From positions 1-64,000 of the forward strand of contig CAXHJY010000301.1 in NCBI GenBank assembly GCA_964016885.1: a stretch of 64,000 bases of DNA, in the 5' to 3' direction. The translations under genes and the position numbers were made by a program. Every line of letters starts with the position of its first letter. The first letter of the stretch is position 1. Origin of the DNA: Eledone cirrhosa (taxonomy: Eukaryota). The notes beneath the pieces are model-generated. The model saw only the letters and a list, made by a program, of their open reading frames with translations. It was not told where the DNA came from and did not search any database. Of this stretch, positions 1 to 12,739 are shown piece after piece.

Positions 1-1140
1 TACTAAAATTTATTCTTTGGTAAGTTTGCTCTGAGACCTTTGATTCTAAGTTCTATTGCCACAATAGAAATTCTTCTACTACCAATTTCCTTAGGTACCA
101 TCAGATAATAGATCGTAGGACTCTAGTAAAGGCCTTTTCCAGGTCAACAAAAAATCGATATATGAGCTTACATTTGGCTAGGAACTTCTCATGTAGCTGT
201 CTCAATAAGAAGTGTTCATCTGTGCTCCTCCCTAAAACAACCAAACTATATCTTTTCTAATTTGATTATTTCCATAATTAGTTGTGCTAAAACTCTTTTT
301 GTAACTTAGTTCATCAGTTTTATTCCCCTTTTTTTGTTCCTTACTAGTGTATTATTAATTCCTTTGTTGCAATTAATGGTTATACTCCTACTCCAGTTAT
401 TGTGTATTACTTGTTTGATTATGCAGGTGACTAACCTAACTCCTAATGAGTTCAGCATCTCACAGGCTATCTCTAACAGACCAACTGCTTTACCATTTTT
501 CATCTTTTTTATTACTTCTTTGACACCATGATTATCAACTTCGATATTTGGTTCCTCATTTGGGTAAGTTGGGGTAGTCACTTTCCCTTTCATTCATTCT
601 CCAGATTCATCAACCAATGACATTATTCTTTGCTACCTCCATTTTCCAGTCTTTCCGTATCTGTCTCATAGCTTTAATGGCCCTTTCTACAGAGCTGTTC
701 CACCAGCAGGTCATTCTTCATATAGCTGTTAGCTTGCTCAAGCCACATGTATTATCACTGGCTTGATGTAGGTCATTTTCTAGAAGTTAATGTTGTAAAT
801 AATTAGATCATTCACATCACTGAATTCTAGAAGCCTTGCTCTCGCTTTATTTCTTGAGCCATAACCACTATGTATTCCAGTGTAGCCATCCCGATATTGA
901 GAAGTATGTCCATTGAAGTTGCCAGCTATCATGATGAGGTCTCTTGTCATCTGTTACTGAAGTTGTTTGTGGAGGTTCTTCATAGAAACAGCCTTTCTTT
1001 ACTTAATCCTGTTTTGTGATAATCATTGTCATTCTATTACCTATGACCATTCTGAGCTTGATAATTCTGTCATATTTTATAACAACCTAAATCAACTTAT
1101 CTGTCCCCTTCTCAGCAAGTAAACTGCCTATTCCAGCTAC
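1..1140 (-). mobile_element. Old, degraded RTE-clade LINE fragment (endonuclease/RT region)
   Basis: Minus ORF 306-593 (IKKMKNGKAVG..IACEML..INCNKG..RGIKLMN) matches the intact RTE ORFs later in the window; VDLEKAF-like sequence near 130-150; many stops. Ends approximate. Confidence 0.7.
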
Positions 1141-1470
1141 TCCCAAATAAATATACATATGTACAGGTGCACACACCCAACAGCTGTGTATACAAGTTAG
1201 ACACAAAGAAAAAATAGCTGTGATTGTTATATGATAAGAATATCAATACCTTAATCTAATATTATGAAAGTTACAGGCATCACAGATGGCTATAGGGGAG
1301 GGGGAAAATGTAGGTGATACCATGCTAAAAGGACTGAGGTCCTTTTAGTTGTGTTGAAAATATGACATCCTCACTAATGCTGGTACCATGATAAAATACA
1401 CCCAGTACACTCTTTGAAGTGGTTGGTATCAGGAAGGACACCCTTATGTGTCTGTCTGTCTCTCTGTCAG

Positions 1471-1501
<31 letters not shown>

Positions 1502-1512
1502 GTATATATATA

Positions 1513-2112
1513 GTGAGAAACTGAGAAATTAGGAATAAGAGGGATCAGATGCTGTTTACTTGAGAGGAGATTGCGTTGGTATGGTCATGTGATGTGTATG
1601 AAGGACGACAGTTGTATAAAAAAGTGCAGGGCGATCAAAATTGATGGAAGCTACAGAGTAGGTAGACCCAAAAAGACCTGGGATGAGGTGACAAAAGCAG
1701 CTGACCTTGCACACTTGAACCTCTCTAAGACAATGTCACAGGATCGAGGTCTTTGACGCTATGCAGTAATACTGAAGACCCGCCTTGTAGGCACCTCTTA
1801 ATCCAATATATACCCTACACTCCCACACTCCCCACTTCTGCCCACACCACCCTTACTCTATAAAGTTATGTTGGTACCACAAAACATCCAGTCCACACTA
1901 TATAGTGGTCGTGTATGAGTCATGACAAAAAGCACCCAGCACACACTGTAAATGTGGTTGGTGTTAGGAAGGGCAGCCAGCCGTGGAAAACCTGCCAGAA
2001 ACAGTTTTATACAAGTGAGACACATTCACTCGACCAAACTTGCCTCAAATAAGGCAAACCCGTCTAACCCTTGCTAGCTTGGAAGATGGACATTAAATAA
2101 TGATGATGATGA
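1513..2112 (+). mobile_element. Old RTE LINE 3' fragment with (TGA)n tail
   Basis: ORF 1571-1756 [35 protein letters not shown] is homologous to the young RTE copies; 3' UTR motif gtggttggtgttaggaagggca; tgatgatgat tail at ~2100. Confidence 0.85.
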
Positions 2113-5100
2113 TATATATATGTATCTATCTCTTTCTCTCTCTTTATCAATATATACATATATCAATGCATTTGTCTCGTAATGAGTATACATACAGACA
2201 TACACCCACATCCAACAGCTGGGTATAAAAGTTATAATGTAAATATAACATGGGACTATAAACACAAAGAAAAATACACAGTATAAACACAATTTTTAGC
2301 TTTGTTGTAATATAAGAATATCAATGCCTTAATCTAATATCATTAAAGTTACAGGCGTCACAGATGGGTATAGGGGAGGGGGAGAATGTCTGTCAATAGC
2401 ACTATTTATCATTGTCATCATCATTTAATCCTGCTAGTAAGAGTGGGAGATTGGACCTACTGATCTCTTCAATGAGCCAGGACCTCATCTCACTTAAATA
2501 TGTTCCCACATTCTACAGAGTACACCAGGTATATTTAATCTTGACACAACTGATGAGTCGTTTAGAATGGTTTCTGCAACTGGATTTTCTTCCTAATACT
2601 TACAGAAAAGTTTTTTTTTTTTTTTGTGGCACCAACACTAGAGAAATTGTCATGCTCTTGAAATGCCTAAAGAGGCCCCTCTACTTTACAGAGTCTCTGA
2701 TCAATCATCAACTACTTTACAGAGTGTACTAGGTGCATGTCTTATCATAGACATAACAACAACAGTAATTATGATGACAATACAATAATAATCATAATCA
2801 CAACTGTTTAATGTCTATTTTCCATAATTCTACAGGGTAGAAAAGTATCATTACTTGAGTCATAACTGATAAATTCGCTAGTGCTAGTGCCATGATAAAA
2901 CACACCCAGTACACTCTGTAAAGTAGTTGGTAAGGAGGAGGGAATCCACCTGTAGATACCATGCTAAAAGGGTTGTGAGGAGCCTTCAGTTGTTTCAAAA
3001 AACATGACCTCACTAATACTGGTGCCATGATAAAATACACACAGTACACTTCGTAAAAAAGTGGTTGGTATTAGGAAGGACACCTTTATGTGTCTATCTG
3101 TCTCTTTCTCTCTTTCTGTGTATATATATATATATATATATATGTATCTATCTCTTCCTCTCTTCTCTCTCTCCCTTATATATATATACACACACATACA
3201 TATTTGTATACAGCTATGTTCAAAGCTAAATTCTATTGTATTATAAGTTGAGCCTACTTATACAGCTTCATATGCAAATGAAATTTATGACCTCATTTAC
3301 ACAGATGAAACAACTATATATTTTTGCTTGTTTTCAAAGTCTGGCAGTTGCAAGAGCAGGAGTGATTGTCCTGATGAGTACCAGTTAAGTTTGAAATGCA
3401 TCAACGATTGTCCCCCTTGCTTCTGCTGGGCACCACCTGGTAGCATTAGCTGCTAGCGTGTTATTTATAGCTGTGGCTTTCTAAATGTTTATTTACGAAC
3501 ATACCGTATTTCTTTAGAAATACGAAATTCAAATACATATATGTATACAGCTATGTTCGAAGCTAAATTTTAATTATATTATATATATATACACACACAC
3601 ACACATATATATTATTATCATGAACATATATGCTGTGGAATTAATACTTCCGCCTCAAGTACCAACCTAGTCGGCTGATGAACCTTGCACGAAAGTGAAC
3701 ATTGAATGATGATGATGTACACACTCTCACAAACATATAACCATCATCATCATTGTCACCACTTAACATCCATTTTCCACGTTAGCATGGGTTCTGTTTA
3801 ATGTCTATTTTCCATGCTTGTATGGAATAGACACTGTGTCACATTGAGACTAGATAGGTCAGGTAACTATGTCTTGCTTTTACATTCCATTTTTTGACTT
3901 GATTGTCTCTGGTTGGATGCCTTTCTTAACACTGACCACTTTGCAATGTGTACTAAGAGCTTTTTTTTTTTGTGGCACCAGCACACCCACCTTACAGAGT
4001 AGACTGGGTGTTTTTTATCGTGGCCCCAGTTTAACCACCTTACAAGGTGGACTGGGTCCTTTTTGTTGTGAAACTAGCATTATCACTTTATAGAATGGAC
4101 TGGAAGTGTTTTATCATGTCAGCAGTGCTACCCATTATGACATTAGGGTGCTTGTTGTGTCTTTGGTCTGGCTGGGGATGGAGGGATGGCAGGCAGTGAC
4201 AAGAAGGGGAGTTGAAGTACATATCACTATAATTTTTGAAACTATTTAAATCTAATTTCTACTGTACTTTTTCTTGGAGAGCATCCAAAAAGAAACATTT
4301 TGATACCTCATTTTTGAAATTTGGATGAATATTTTAGGAAATATGAAAATTTGAATGATCAGTGAGTTGGTCGAAATCTTGCCTAATTAGGCCTAAATGA
4401 ATAATTTATCATATTTGTGATGTCATATCTTTAAAACTCAGATAATAGTCATCTTCAAATTACACAAATTAATAGTATCCATGAGATAGTAGTTGCCTAT
4501 TTTTTTTTTTCAGGTTCTTGAAAATGAAACTTTTTTAGGCAATTTTTAAAATATGTAAAGTCTATTTTGTTGCATGTAACAAACTGTCAATTTCGTGATG
4601 TGAGCGTAAGCTTTTCATGTGTTTTCAGACCTAGCTAAATCCAAAAGTACAAGGCGCAGGGTCTTGAGTTTTGGCACGTTCGTAGAATTAAATGAATCAA
4701 GAGATTTTGGGACATGGTACCATTTCAATAACATTTTAATGGACTATTAAAAATGGCTATAAACAATTAAATTGTAATGGTTAAAGGCTGTCACAAGCTT
4801 TTCGTGCATTTTCAGATATGGCTATATTGCAATCTGTTATCTGTGGGGGGATCAGTTTTGATACACTGGTACAGGGTATAAAACTAAATCCTCTCTGTCA
4901 GTTTAGAGCTTTATGAAACATTTGATAGGTATCTCTGTAGAGCTCCTTTGAAGGGGTGACATGCACAGTTTGCTCGATCATTTCCCTGTCAAAATACATT
5001 TTTTCCGTGGACAATTATATAAAAATCTTGGAGAAAATATGTTTGTTTCCAAGTGAAAATTACCAATAACATTTTCACTTTTATATTTCATAACGATTAT

Positions 5101-5599
5101 CTGACCTACCCTCCCATCAAATTTTATATCAAAATAAAGCAAAAAATATTTCTCTTCACGACTGCCATTTTCAACACAAATCAAGTTATAGTTCTCCATT
5201 GCATTGAACTAGAACTGCTGTTACTGTTCAGCAGGCAAAAACGAAAATTGGACATAAGTTGTAAATGAGTGGAAATTCGAGGGTGATATGATGTAAGTGT
5301 TGAATTTTGATCAAAAGTATCTGGGAAAAAGTTCACATCCAGAACTTTCAAATGATATATAATTGTCTACGGAAAAAAATGCATTTTAGTATGAAAATAA
5401 TCAAACAAAAAGTGGATTTTTGCATGGTCAAAATGTGCTTGTCGCCCCTTCTTGGAGTTCTACTGTGATACCGAGTGTAAAATTAGAGGGCAAGCATTGT
5501 GTTACATGTTGCTTGCTAAAGGATGGGAGTCATCCTTTAGTGGGAAAACAACTGATATGTCATAGGGGTGACCTTGAAGAGAGTGAGGCAGTATATTGT

Positions 5600-6570
5600 T
5601 AGATATGATGCTATCCTACATTACCTGGTTAATGTGTCACAACATACTAGATGCTTTCAGCATCACAGTAAAGGGCCACTTACCTTGCCTATCTTCATAT
5701 CTTTAATTGCTTTACTTACTATATTGCTGCTAACTTGAATGGCTGGACCCTCTGTTGGATCTGCTTGAGGCAGGCCACATTCCTCTCTTGCATTGCAGTC
5801 TCTTCATTCAATAGTGTTTCATAATGGCACTACCACACTTCTTTCTTTTCAACATCAGTGAGGGCAATAAAATGCACTTCTACCCAACAACATATTGATG
5901 TTCTCTCCCCCACAGCTTTGCAATCTTGTACATCTCATGCCTTTGATCCCCAAAATGTAAAACATGCACAAACTTTTTAATTCCTACTTCCTTCATTGCT
6001 AAGTGAAGCTGCCACATAGCTTCTCTTCTGGCTTCTTGATATTGTTCCTTGCTTCTCCCATTTTGCTAGTCTTTCCAGTCTGTTTCGTAACCATAATCGT
6101 CTCACCCACCTTACTATTCCACTACCAAGTCACCCTTTTGTCTCCCAGGTGTCTTGCACCAGTCACAAGTTTTGTCTGTAGTCATCAGCAAGTTATTGCA
6201 CAGAAACCTCTGTAGTTTTCCACATCGTTGGTTTCTAACCCCTTTCTTTAATATCATAAGCATCAAGCAGAACATCCCTTAATTTGTCATCAGTTGGGGA
6301 CACCCTCAACTTCCATGTCCTTCTTCAATTTGCCTTCTGTGTTCATCTAGTTTTAACTCTAAAGTTGCTGACTGAAAAGTTATGTTGAAGGAACTTTGTG
6401 TTTGAAATTGTCAGTCTATTTCACTTTGTAGTGAGAATAAAATCTATGTGGCTTGTGTGCTTATCTGACTTATAGGTGATCAAATGGTTGGCTGGTTTCC
6501 TGAAATTTGTGTTCAGATAGATCATTTGTATCACAAAACTCCAGGAGCTTTGAATGCCCTCTCATTTTTT
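5600..6570 (-). mobile_element. Old degraded RTE LINE fragment (endonuclease-RT linker)
   Basis: Similar to 33400-33950, e.g. ttattccactaccaagtcac vs ttgttccaccaccaagtcac (VTWWWN motif on the minus strand). Ends approximate. Confidence 0.6.
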
Positions 6571-7514
6571 TACCTCATCCCTAACAATTCTACAATCCTA
6601 CAATCCCTTTCATCAAGTTGACATTGAGACTAGCAGCCTTGAAGTTTTGGAACACACAAGAGAAAAGATGGTTTCAGATAGTGGAACGGTTTGTATAGTC
6701 TCTCTGTGTCTGAAATGAAGAGGAGAATTTGCACGGCCGTCCTCTAATATTTGAAGAGTTTATGGGTCTAGTGATCTCTTTCAGTTTTTTACGAACCTGT
6801 TGTTTATTTCCTCATAATTCTAATAGACTACTGCCACCGTATAAACAACATCTAAAGGTCCTCATGATGTGTCAACTATTTTTTTTGCTCTATATTACTA
6901 CCATAGTTTAATTGATATCAGAGTATTGGTAGGCAGTGAGGGAGCATGTTTATATTGGGGCAAGGTTAATTTGTTATTCAGAATTATTTAGTCTGTCTAT
7001 AGGATGAAGTCGAAAAATATTATTATTTGGTGGGCTATTTCTGTCAATTATTTACTATTTGCAGCAGTCGCTAGTTGGGTGAAGGATGAAATAAGATTTA
7101 GATTGCTAAAATAGCCAGAAAGAGAAAGAGAGAGAGAGATTTTCATCTACTTGTCTGTAATGGTTCTGATATTAAAAACAGGTTATAGGTTATAGCAAGT
7201 AAAAATGGAAGGATAACTCTGGTTACTTTTATATTTATAAGAGGATTGGGGTGGGGAGGGGGCAAAGATGATGATTTGGGTTGGGTGAGAGAATGAGAGG
7301 AGGGATGACCGTTTATTACTGATTTTCAGGAAGAATTGTTAACTAAATTGATCAGGGAAAATTTTAAACTAAATTTGAATAAAGTTAATATATTTTAAAT
7401 AAAGATGATAAATGTTATTGTTATTTAGGAACTGGAGAGAGAGTGGGAGGGTGGGATGACCGTTTACTTCTGATTTTCACACACGTGTGGGTATATACAC
7501 ACATATATGTGTAT

Positions 7515-8040
7515 GGTGGCTGCCAACTCGTTTACGAGTACGGCCACTACTTTATATCCATGTAGGAGAACCCCTACTGATGCGCTGAACGAGTGTGACT
7601 TTTTAGTCCAGCCAGCGACTTGAAAACTCTAGTACAAACACTACACCTGTGACAATTATTGACACATAGTGCTGGGCCCATGGTACCATGTGATGACAAG
7701 TGCAGAGAGATCTCCAGATATAAAGCAATGCCTGTGCCGTGAAGCTTTTATAGTGAGCAAAGGCACTGCACAAAGCCAGTCCCACTCTCTTAACCAAGAT
7801 GATATTTACCAAAAAGAAGAACACGTCAACATCATTGGATACCATCAGGGTTGCAGGTGCTATATCAGAGTTTTCCTTCTCCTAGAATTCTGCCTTGACA
7901 AAGGCTAAGGGGTCATCTCTCCCGGTGATTTTGGATGGCCATTGACTCTTAAGAGCTCCTTTGCCCTTTGACAGGTTTTGTTTTTAGTCCTGCAAGATGT
8001 CCAAAGTCACCCTCCTCACCAAGAAACCTTGGTGGGGTTG
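7515..8040 (-). mobile_element. Non-autonomous RTE-derived element (~525 bp), apparently full-length copy
   Basis: Three copies in the window (7515, 8181, 62175). The 3' part encodes a C2H2-like remnant ([17 protein letters not shown] in the 62 kb copy) typical of RTE ORF ends; flanked by microsatellite. Confidence 0.65.
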
Positions 8041-8180
8041 CACATACATACATACCTACATATATACATATATACCTACATACCTATATACAGACATACA
8101 TACCTACATATATACATACATACCTACATATACACATACATACACACATACATACCTACATATATACATACATACACACA

Positions 8181-8591
8181 TGGTGGCTGCCAACTCGTTT
8201 TCGAGTACGGCCACTACTTTATATCCATGTAGGAGAACCCCTACTGATGCGCTGAACGAGTGTGACTTTTTAGTCCAGCCAGCGACTTGAAAACTCTGGT
8301 ACAAACACTACACTTGTGACAATTATTGACACATAGTGCTGGGCCCATGGTACCATGTGACGACAAGTGCAGAGAGATCTCCAGATATAAAGCAATGCCT
8401 GTGCCGTGAAGCTTCTATAGGAGCAAAGGCACTGCACAAAGCCAGTCCCACTCTCTTAACCAAGATGATATTTACCAAAAAGAAGAACAAGTCAACATCA
8501 TTGGATACCATCAGGGTTGCAGGTGTTATATCAGAGTTTTCCTTCTCCTAGAATTCTGCCTTGACAAAGGCTAATGAGTCATCTCTCCCGG
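8181..8591 (-). mobile_element. Second, 5'-truncated copy of the 7515-8040 element
   Basis: Near-identical to 7515-7925 (tggtggctgccaactcg...tcatctctcccgg). Confidence 0.75.
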
Positions 8592-8847
8592 AATACATAC
8601 ATACATACATACATACATACAAACATGCATACATACATACATGGATGCATACATACATACATACAAGCATGCATGCATGCATGCATACATATATGTGTAT
8701 ATATATATATATATATACACACACGCACAAACATGTTTTAAAGAAAGCAGGAGTTAGTTTTCCTGGCACCATATGATCATGGAGTTCCTTTTTTCAACTC
8801 TTTTAGTTGCTTCTTGCTATGCACACACACACACACACACACATATA

Positions 8848-8943
8848 CAGGGTGTCCCCCCAAAAAATGTATCCACTTTGATTACCTGTACAGGCAATAT
8901 TTATTAGAATGCACAACCTTTGTGTATACATTTTTGGGGGACA
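8848..8943. mobile_element. Tc1/mariner-type MITE remnant
   Basis: TA then cagggtgtccccccaaaaaatgtatccac; inverted gtgtatacatttttgggggaca at the right end; right TIR tip missing. Confidence 0.55.
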
Positions 8944-8999
8944 AGCGGACATAAAATGATGATGATATATATATATATAAAAGGAATAGGCATAAACTC

Positions 9000-9995
9000 C
9001 ATATGATGTACACAATGTAAATCTTGGGTAACAAAAGATGTAGTTGGATAACAGGTAGACAAACAGGAAGGGAAGACTTTGTATGTAGAAGATACACAGG
9101 GGTAATCGAGGGGAAGAGTATCAGTGATGTAAACCTTATATAATCACAGAAAGGTACTACAAAAGTGGTTGGTAGTTTCTGCAATCTAGGTGACCTAATT
9201 AACAATGGCAGAGGTTGCTCTGAGAACATAATAGCTAGAATAAGGATAGGATAGAAGAAGTTTAGAAAGCTACTACCACTGTTGACAACAAAAGGTTTAT
9301 CACTATGTATAAAAAGCATGGCTGTATGATATCTGTGTGTGATGTGCACTGCTGCATGGTAATGAAACATGGGTTATGACTGCAGAGGACACGTGTAGAC
9401 TTGAGAGAAATGAAGCAACCATGCTTTGTTGGATGTGTAATGTATATGTGAGAGAGAGGCAGTCCTTAGATGAATTAAATGAGAAAGTGGGTTTAAGAGG
9501 AATCTGAAGTGGTGTACAAGAGAGCAGACTGCATTGGTACAGACATGTGATACACATGAATAATGATTGCTCGGTGAAGACGTACCAGGAAATGCTATTG
9601 GAAGGAAGCTGCAGTAGAGGCTGACTAAGAAAGACCTTGGCAGAGGTGGTGAGAGCTGACCCTAAATCGCTGAAACTCACAGAGGAAATGATTAACCCTT
9701 TAGCATTTAAACCTGCCATATCTGGCCAGAATTCTCTCACATCGTCCTGTTCAAACCAGCGTTAACTGGCCACTCATACTGATGTTAAGGTATTGTTCTC
9801 AAAATAAATAGTATCAAAATCTCATAGATTTGATATTATGTGAGATAAAGTATTTACTGTGAAAATACAATAGTATATATAGAGTAATGTAAATGTTAAA
9901 GAGTTAAGAAATGTGGCCTGGAGAGATGCTGTGCTGGAAAGGACCTGTCCAACCAATGTAAGCATGGAAAAGCGGACATAAAAATGATGATGATG
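9000..9995 (+). mobile_element. Old RTE LINE 3' fragment interrupted by a MITE
   Basis: Degenerate matches to RTE ORF motifs (KKFRKLLPLL, LERNEA, RLHWYRHV); ends in gcatggaaaagcggacataaaaatgatgatgatg. Confidence 0.75.
9696..9903. mobile_element. piggyBac-like MITE with TTAA target duplication
   Basis: TTAA at 9692-9695 and 9904-9907; TIRs ccctttagcattta / taaatgttaaagag (2 mismatches); RTE sequence resumes after it. Confidence 0.7.
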
Positions 9996-10375
9996 TGTAC
10001 ACACACACACATACATATATAAAAAGTAAACAGAAAAAACACAACAGATGATGAAGTTCAATGAAGATATATATTAGTTTCATGTTAAATATAGTAGGAA
10101 AAGTATATATATGTGTGTGTGTGAGTATATATATATCATCATCATCGTTTAACGTCCATCTAGCATGGGTTAGACCGTTTTGTTCCATTTGATGTGGGAA
10201 TGGTTGAGAGACCGTGTCTCGCTCATACGGAAGTGTCTCTGGCAGGTTTTTTTACAGCTGGATGCCCTTCTTAACACCAACCACATTTACAGTGATATGT
10301 ATATACATGTTTTTTAGTCAACTATTTTATATTTATGTTCTAAAATGGCTTTCATGTTTTCTCCTCCATTTGAAG

Positions 10376-10460
10376 AACTTAATAGCAGCCCAGGTCGACA
10401 GAGATGGCAAATATGATTGGCATAACTATAGATTAATTGAAGAAGATTTAGCTAGGAAAG
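10376..10460 (+). CDS. GALNT10: Polypeptide N-acetylgalactosaminyltransferase (GALNT10-like) exon
   Basis: Encodes NLIAAQVDRDGKYDWHNYRLIEEDLARK(G), with the DWH motif of the GALNT10/GALNTL6 stem. Donor aaag|gtaggt is phase 1 and joins the next exon as GGA. Acceptor uncertain (aag at 10373-10375; other AGs up to 10393). Gene symbol reflects family resemblance only. Confidence 0.75.
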
Positions 10461-10647
10461 GTAGGTTTATCTCTCTTTATTTGTTTATTTGTTTGTCTGT
10501 CTGTCTGCTTCTCTCCTTGTCTGTCTTTGTGTCTGTTTGTCTCCATGTTTATGTGTGTGTGTATGTCTATCTGACTGTTCATCTGGCTGTGTGTGTCAGT
10601 TTATCTATCTATCTACCTAGCATCTATTTATCTATCTATTTTCCTGT

Positions 10648-12057
10648 CTATCTGTCTCACTACATCTCTCTCTATCTGTCTCACTACATCTCTCTCTATC
10701 TGTCTCACTACATCTCTCTCTATCTGTCTCACTACATCTCTCTCTATCTGCCTCACTACATCTCTCTCTATCTGTCTCACTACATCTCTCTCTATCTGTC
10801 TCACTACATCTCTCTCTATCTGTCTCACTACATCTCTCTCTATCTGTCTCACTACATCTCTCTCTATCTGTCTCACTACATCTCTCTCTATCTGTCTCAC
10901 TACATCTCTCTCTATCTGTCTCACTACATCTCTCTCTATCTGTCTCACTACATCTCTCTCTATCTGCCTCACTACATCTCTCTCTATCTGTCTCACTACA
11001 TCTCTCTCTATCTGTCTCACTACATCTCTCTCTATCTGTCTCACTACATCTCTCTCTATCTGTCTCACTACATCTCTCTCTATCTGTCTCACTACATCTC
11101 TCTCTATCTGTCTCACTACATCTCTCTCTATCTGTCTCACTACATCTCTCTCTATCTGTCTCACTACATCTCTCTCTATCTGTCTCACTACATCTCTCTC
11201 TATCTGTCTCACTACATCTCTCTCTATCTGTCTCACTACATCTCTCTCTATCTGTCTCACTACATCTCTCTCTATCTGTCTCACTACATCTCTCTCTATC
11301 TGTCTCACTACATCTCTCTCTATCTGTCTCACTACATCTCTCTCTATCTGTCTCACTACATCTCTCTCTATCTGTCTCACTACATCTCTCTCTATCTGTC
11401 TCACTACATCTCTCTCTATCTGTCTCACTACATCTCTCTCTATCTGTCTCACTACATCTCTCTCTATCTGTCTCACTACATCTCTCTCTATCTGTCTCAC
11501 TACATCTCTCTCTATCTGTCTCACTACATCTCTCTCTATCTGTCTCACTACATCTCTCTCTATCTGTCTCACTACATCTCTCTCTATCTGTCTCACTACA
11601 TCTCTCTCTATCTGTCTCACTACATCTCTCTCTATCTGTCTCACTATATCTCGCTCTATCTGTCTCACTACATCTCTCTCTATCTGCCTCACTATATCTC
11701 TCTCTATCTGCCTCACTACATCTCTCTCTATCTGTCTCACTACATCTCTCTCTATCTGTCTCACTATATCTCGCTCTATCTGTCTCACTACATCTCTCTC
11801 TATCTGCCTCACTATATCTCTCTCTATCTGTCTCACTACATCTCTCTCTATCTGTCTCACTACATCTCTCTCTATCTGTCTCACTACATCTCTCTCTATC
11901 TGTCTCACTACATCTCTCTCTATCTGTCTCACTACATCTCTCTCTATCTGTCTCACTACATCTCTCTCTATCTGTCTCACTATATCTCGCTCTATCTGTC
12001 TCACTACATCTCTCTCTATCTGCCTCACTATATCTCTCTCTATCTGCCTCACTATAT
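10648..12057. repeat. 24-bp minisatellite (tctgtctcactacatctctctcta), about 58 copies
   Basis: Directly visible; stop-free in several frames, which produces the 489-631 aa pseudo-ORFs. Confidence 0.97.
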
Positions 12058-12119
12058 TTCTCTCTTTCTTGCTCTCTCTGTCTATCTGTCTGTGCATACA
12101 TACATATAAATGAAATGGA

Positions 12120-12422
12120 TCTCAGTCAGTGTCAACGATGAACATTCGTCTGGTTCAATCAATGGTACAGTCTGCTCATGAAATTAGCATGTAATTTACT
12201 AAGCCTTAACAGACATGTGTACTCTTAATGTAGTTCTCTAGGAGTTTCAGCATGACAGACTGTGAGACAGGATTGACCCTTCGAATTACTGATACAACAA
12301 ATATTAGTCAGCTGACTGGACAGGAGCAACATGAAATAAAGTTTCTTGCTCAAGAGTATAATGCACCATTGCCTGATCACATGGTCCTGAGCCAAACACC
12401 CTAAATACTAGGCCACGTGTCT
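12120..12422 (-). mobile_element. Degraded tRNA-derived SINE
   Basis: Minus strand begins gacacgtggcctagtatttagggtg (A-box-like), followed by cttgagcaagaaactttatttcatgttgctcc, resembling a SINE core. Confidence 0.5.
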
Positions 12423-12498
12423 TAACAATTAATAAATGGTACAGCACAAATTAAACCTAACCCAACCCATCTCATTGTATCATCTTGTTTATTCACAG

Positions 12499-12643
12499 GA
12501 CCAGGGGAACAAGGATCTGCTGTTATTTTAACACCAACTGAAGAAAAACAAAAAGACATTCTATATAAAACAAATGGCTTCAATGCGTTTGTTAGTGATA
12601 AAATTTCTCTACAGCGTTCTTTGAAGGATATACGACATTCAGA
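12499..12643 (+). CDS. GALNT10: GALNT10-like exon
   Basis: ttcacag| acceptor, |gtaagc donor; encodes (G)PGEQGSAVILTPTEEKQKDILYKTNGFNAFVSDKISLQRSLKDIRHS(D), with the GALNT GEQG / FN..SD.ISL.RSL.D.R signature; phases match both neighbouring exons. Confidence 0.93.
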
Positions 12644-12739
12644 GTAAGCTCATCTTCTTTACTTCACATTTTGGCTCTTAAATATATGTATATATAGTAA
12701 GGAAGTGTGTGTATGTATATATATATATATATATATATA

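Noticed and set aside
3670-3720. ctgatga..gaaa hammerhead-like string
   Set aside because: No stem I, II or III pairing; it looks like a decayed RTE 3' end before a (TGA)n tail.
4204-5450. Possible non-autonomous DNA transposon (aagggg...cccctt ends)
   Set aside because: The terminal match is too short and degenerate; no TSD or second copy in the window.
10214-12113. 489-631 aa repeat ORFs
   Set aside because: Produced by the 24-bp minisatellite; only 10376-10460 is a supported exon.
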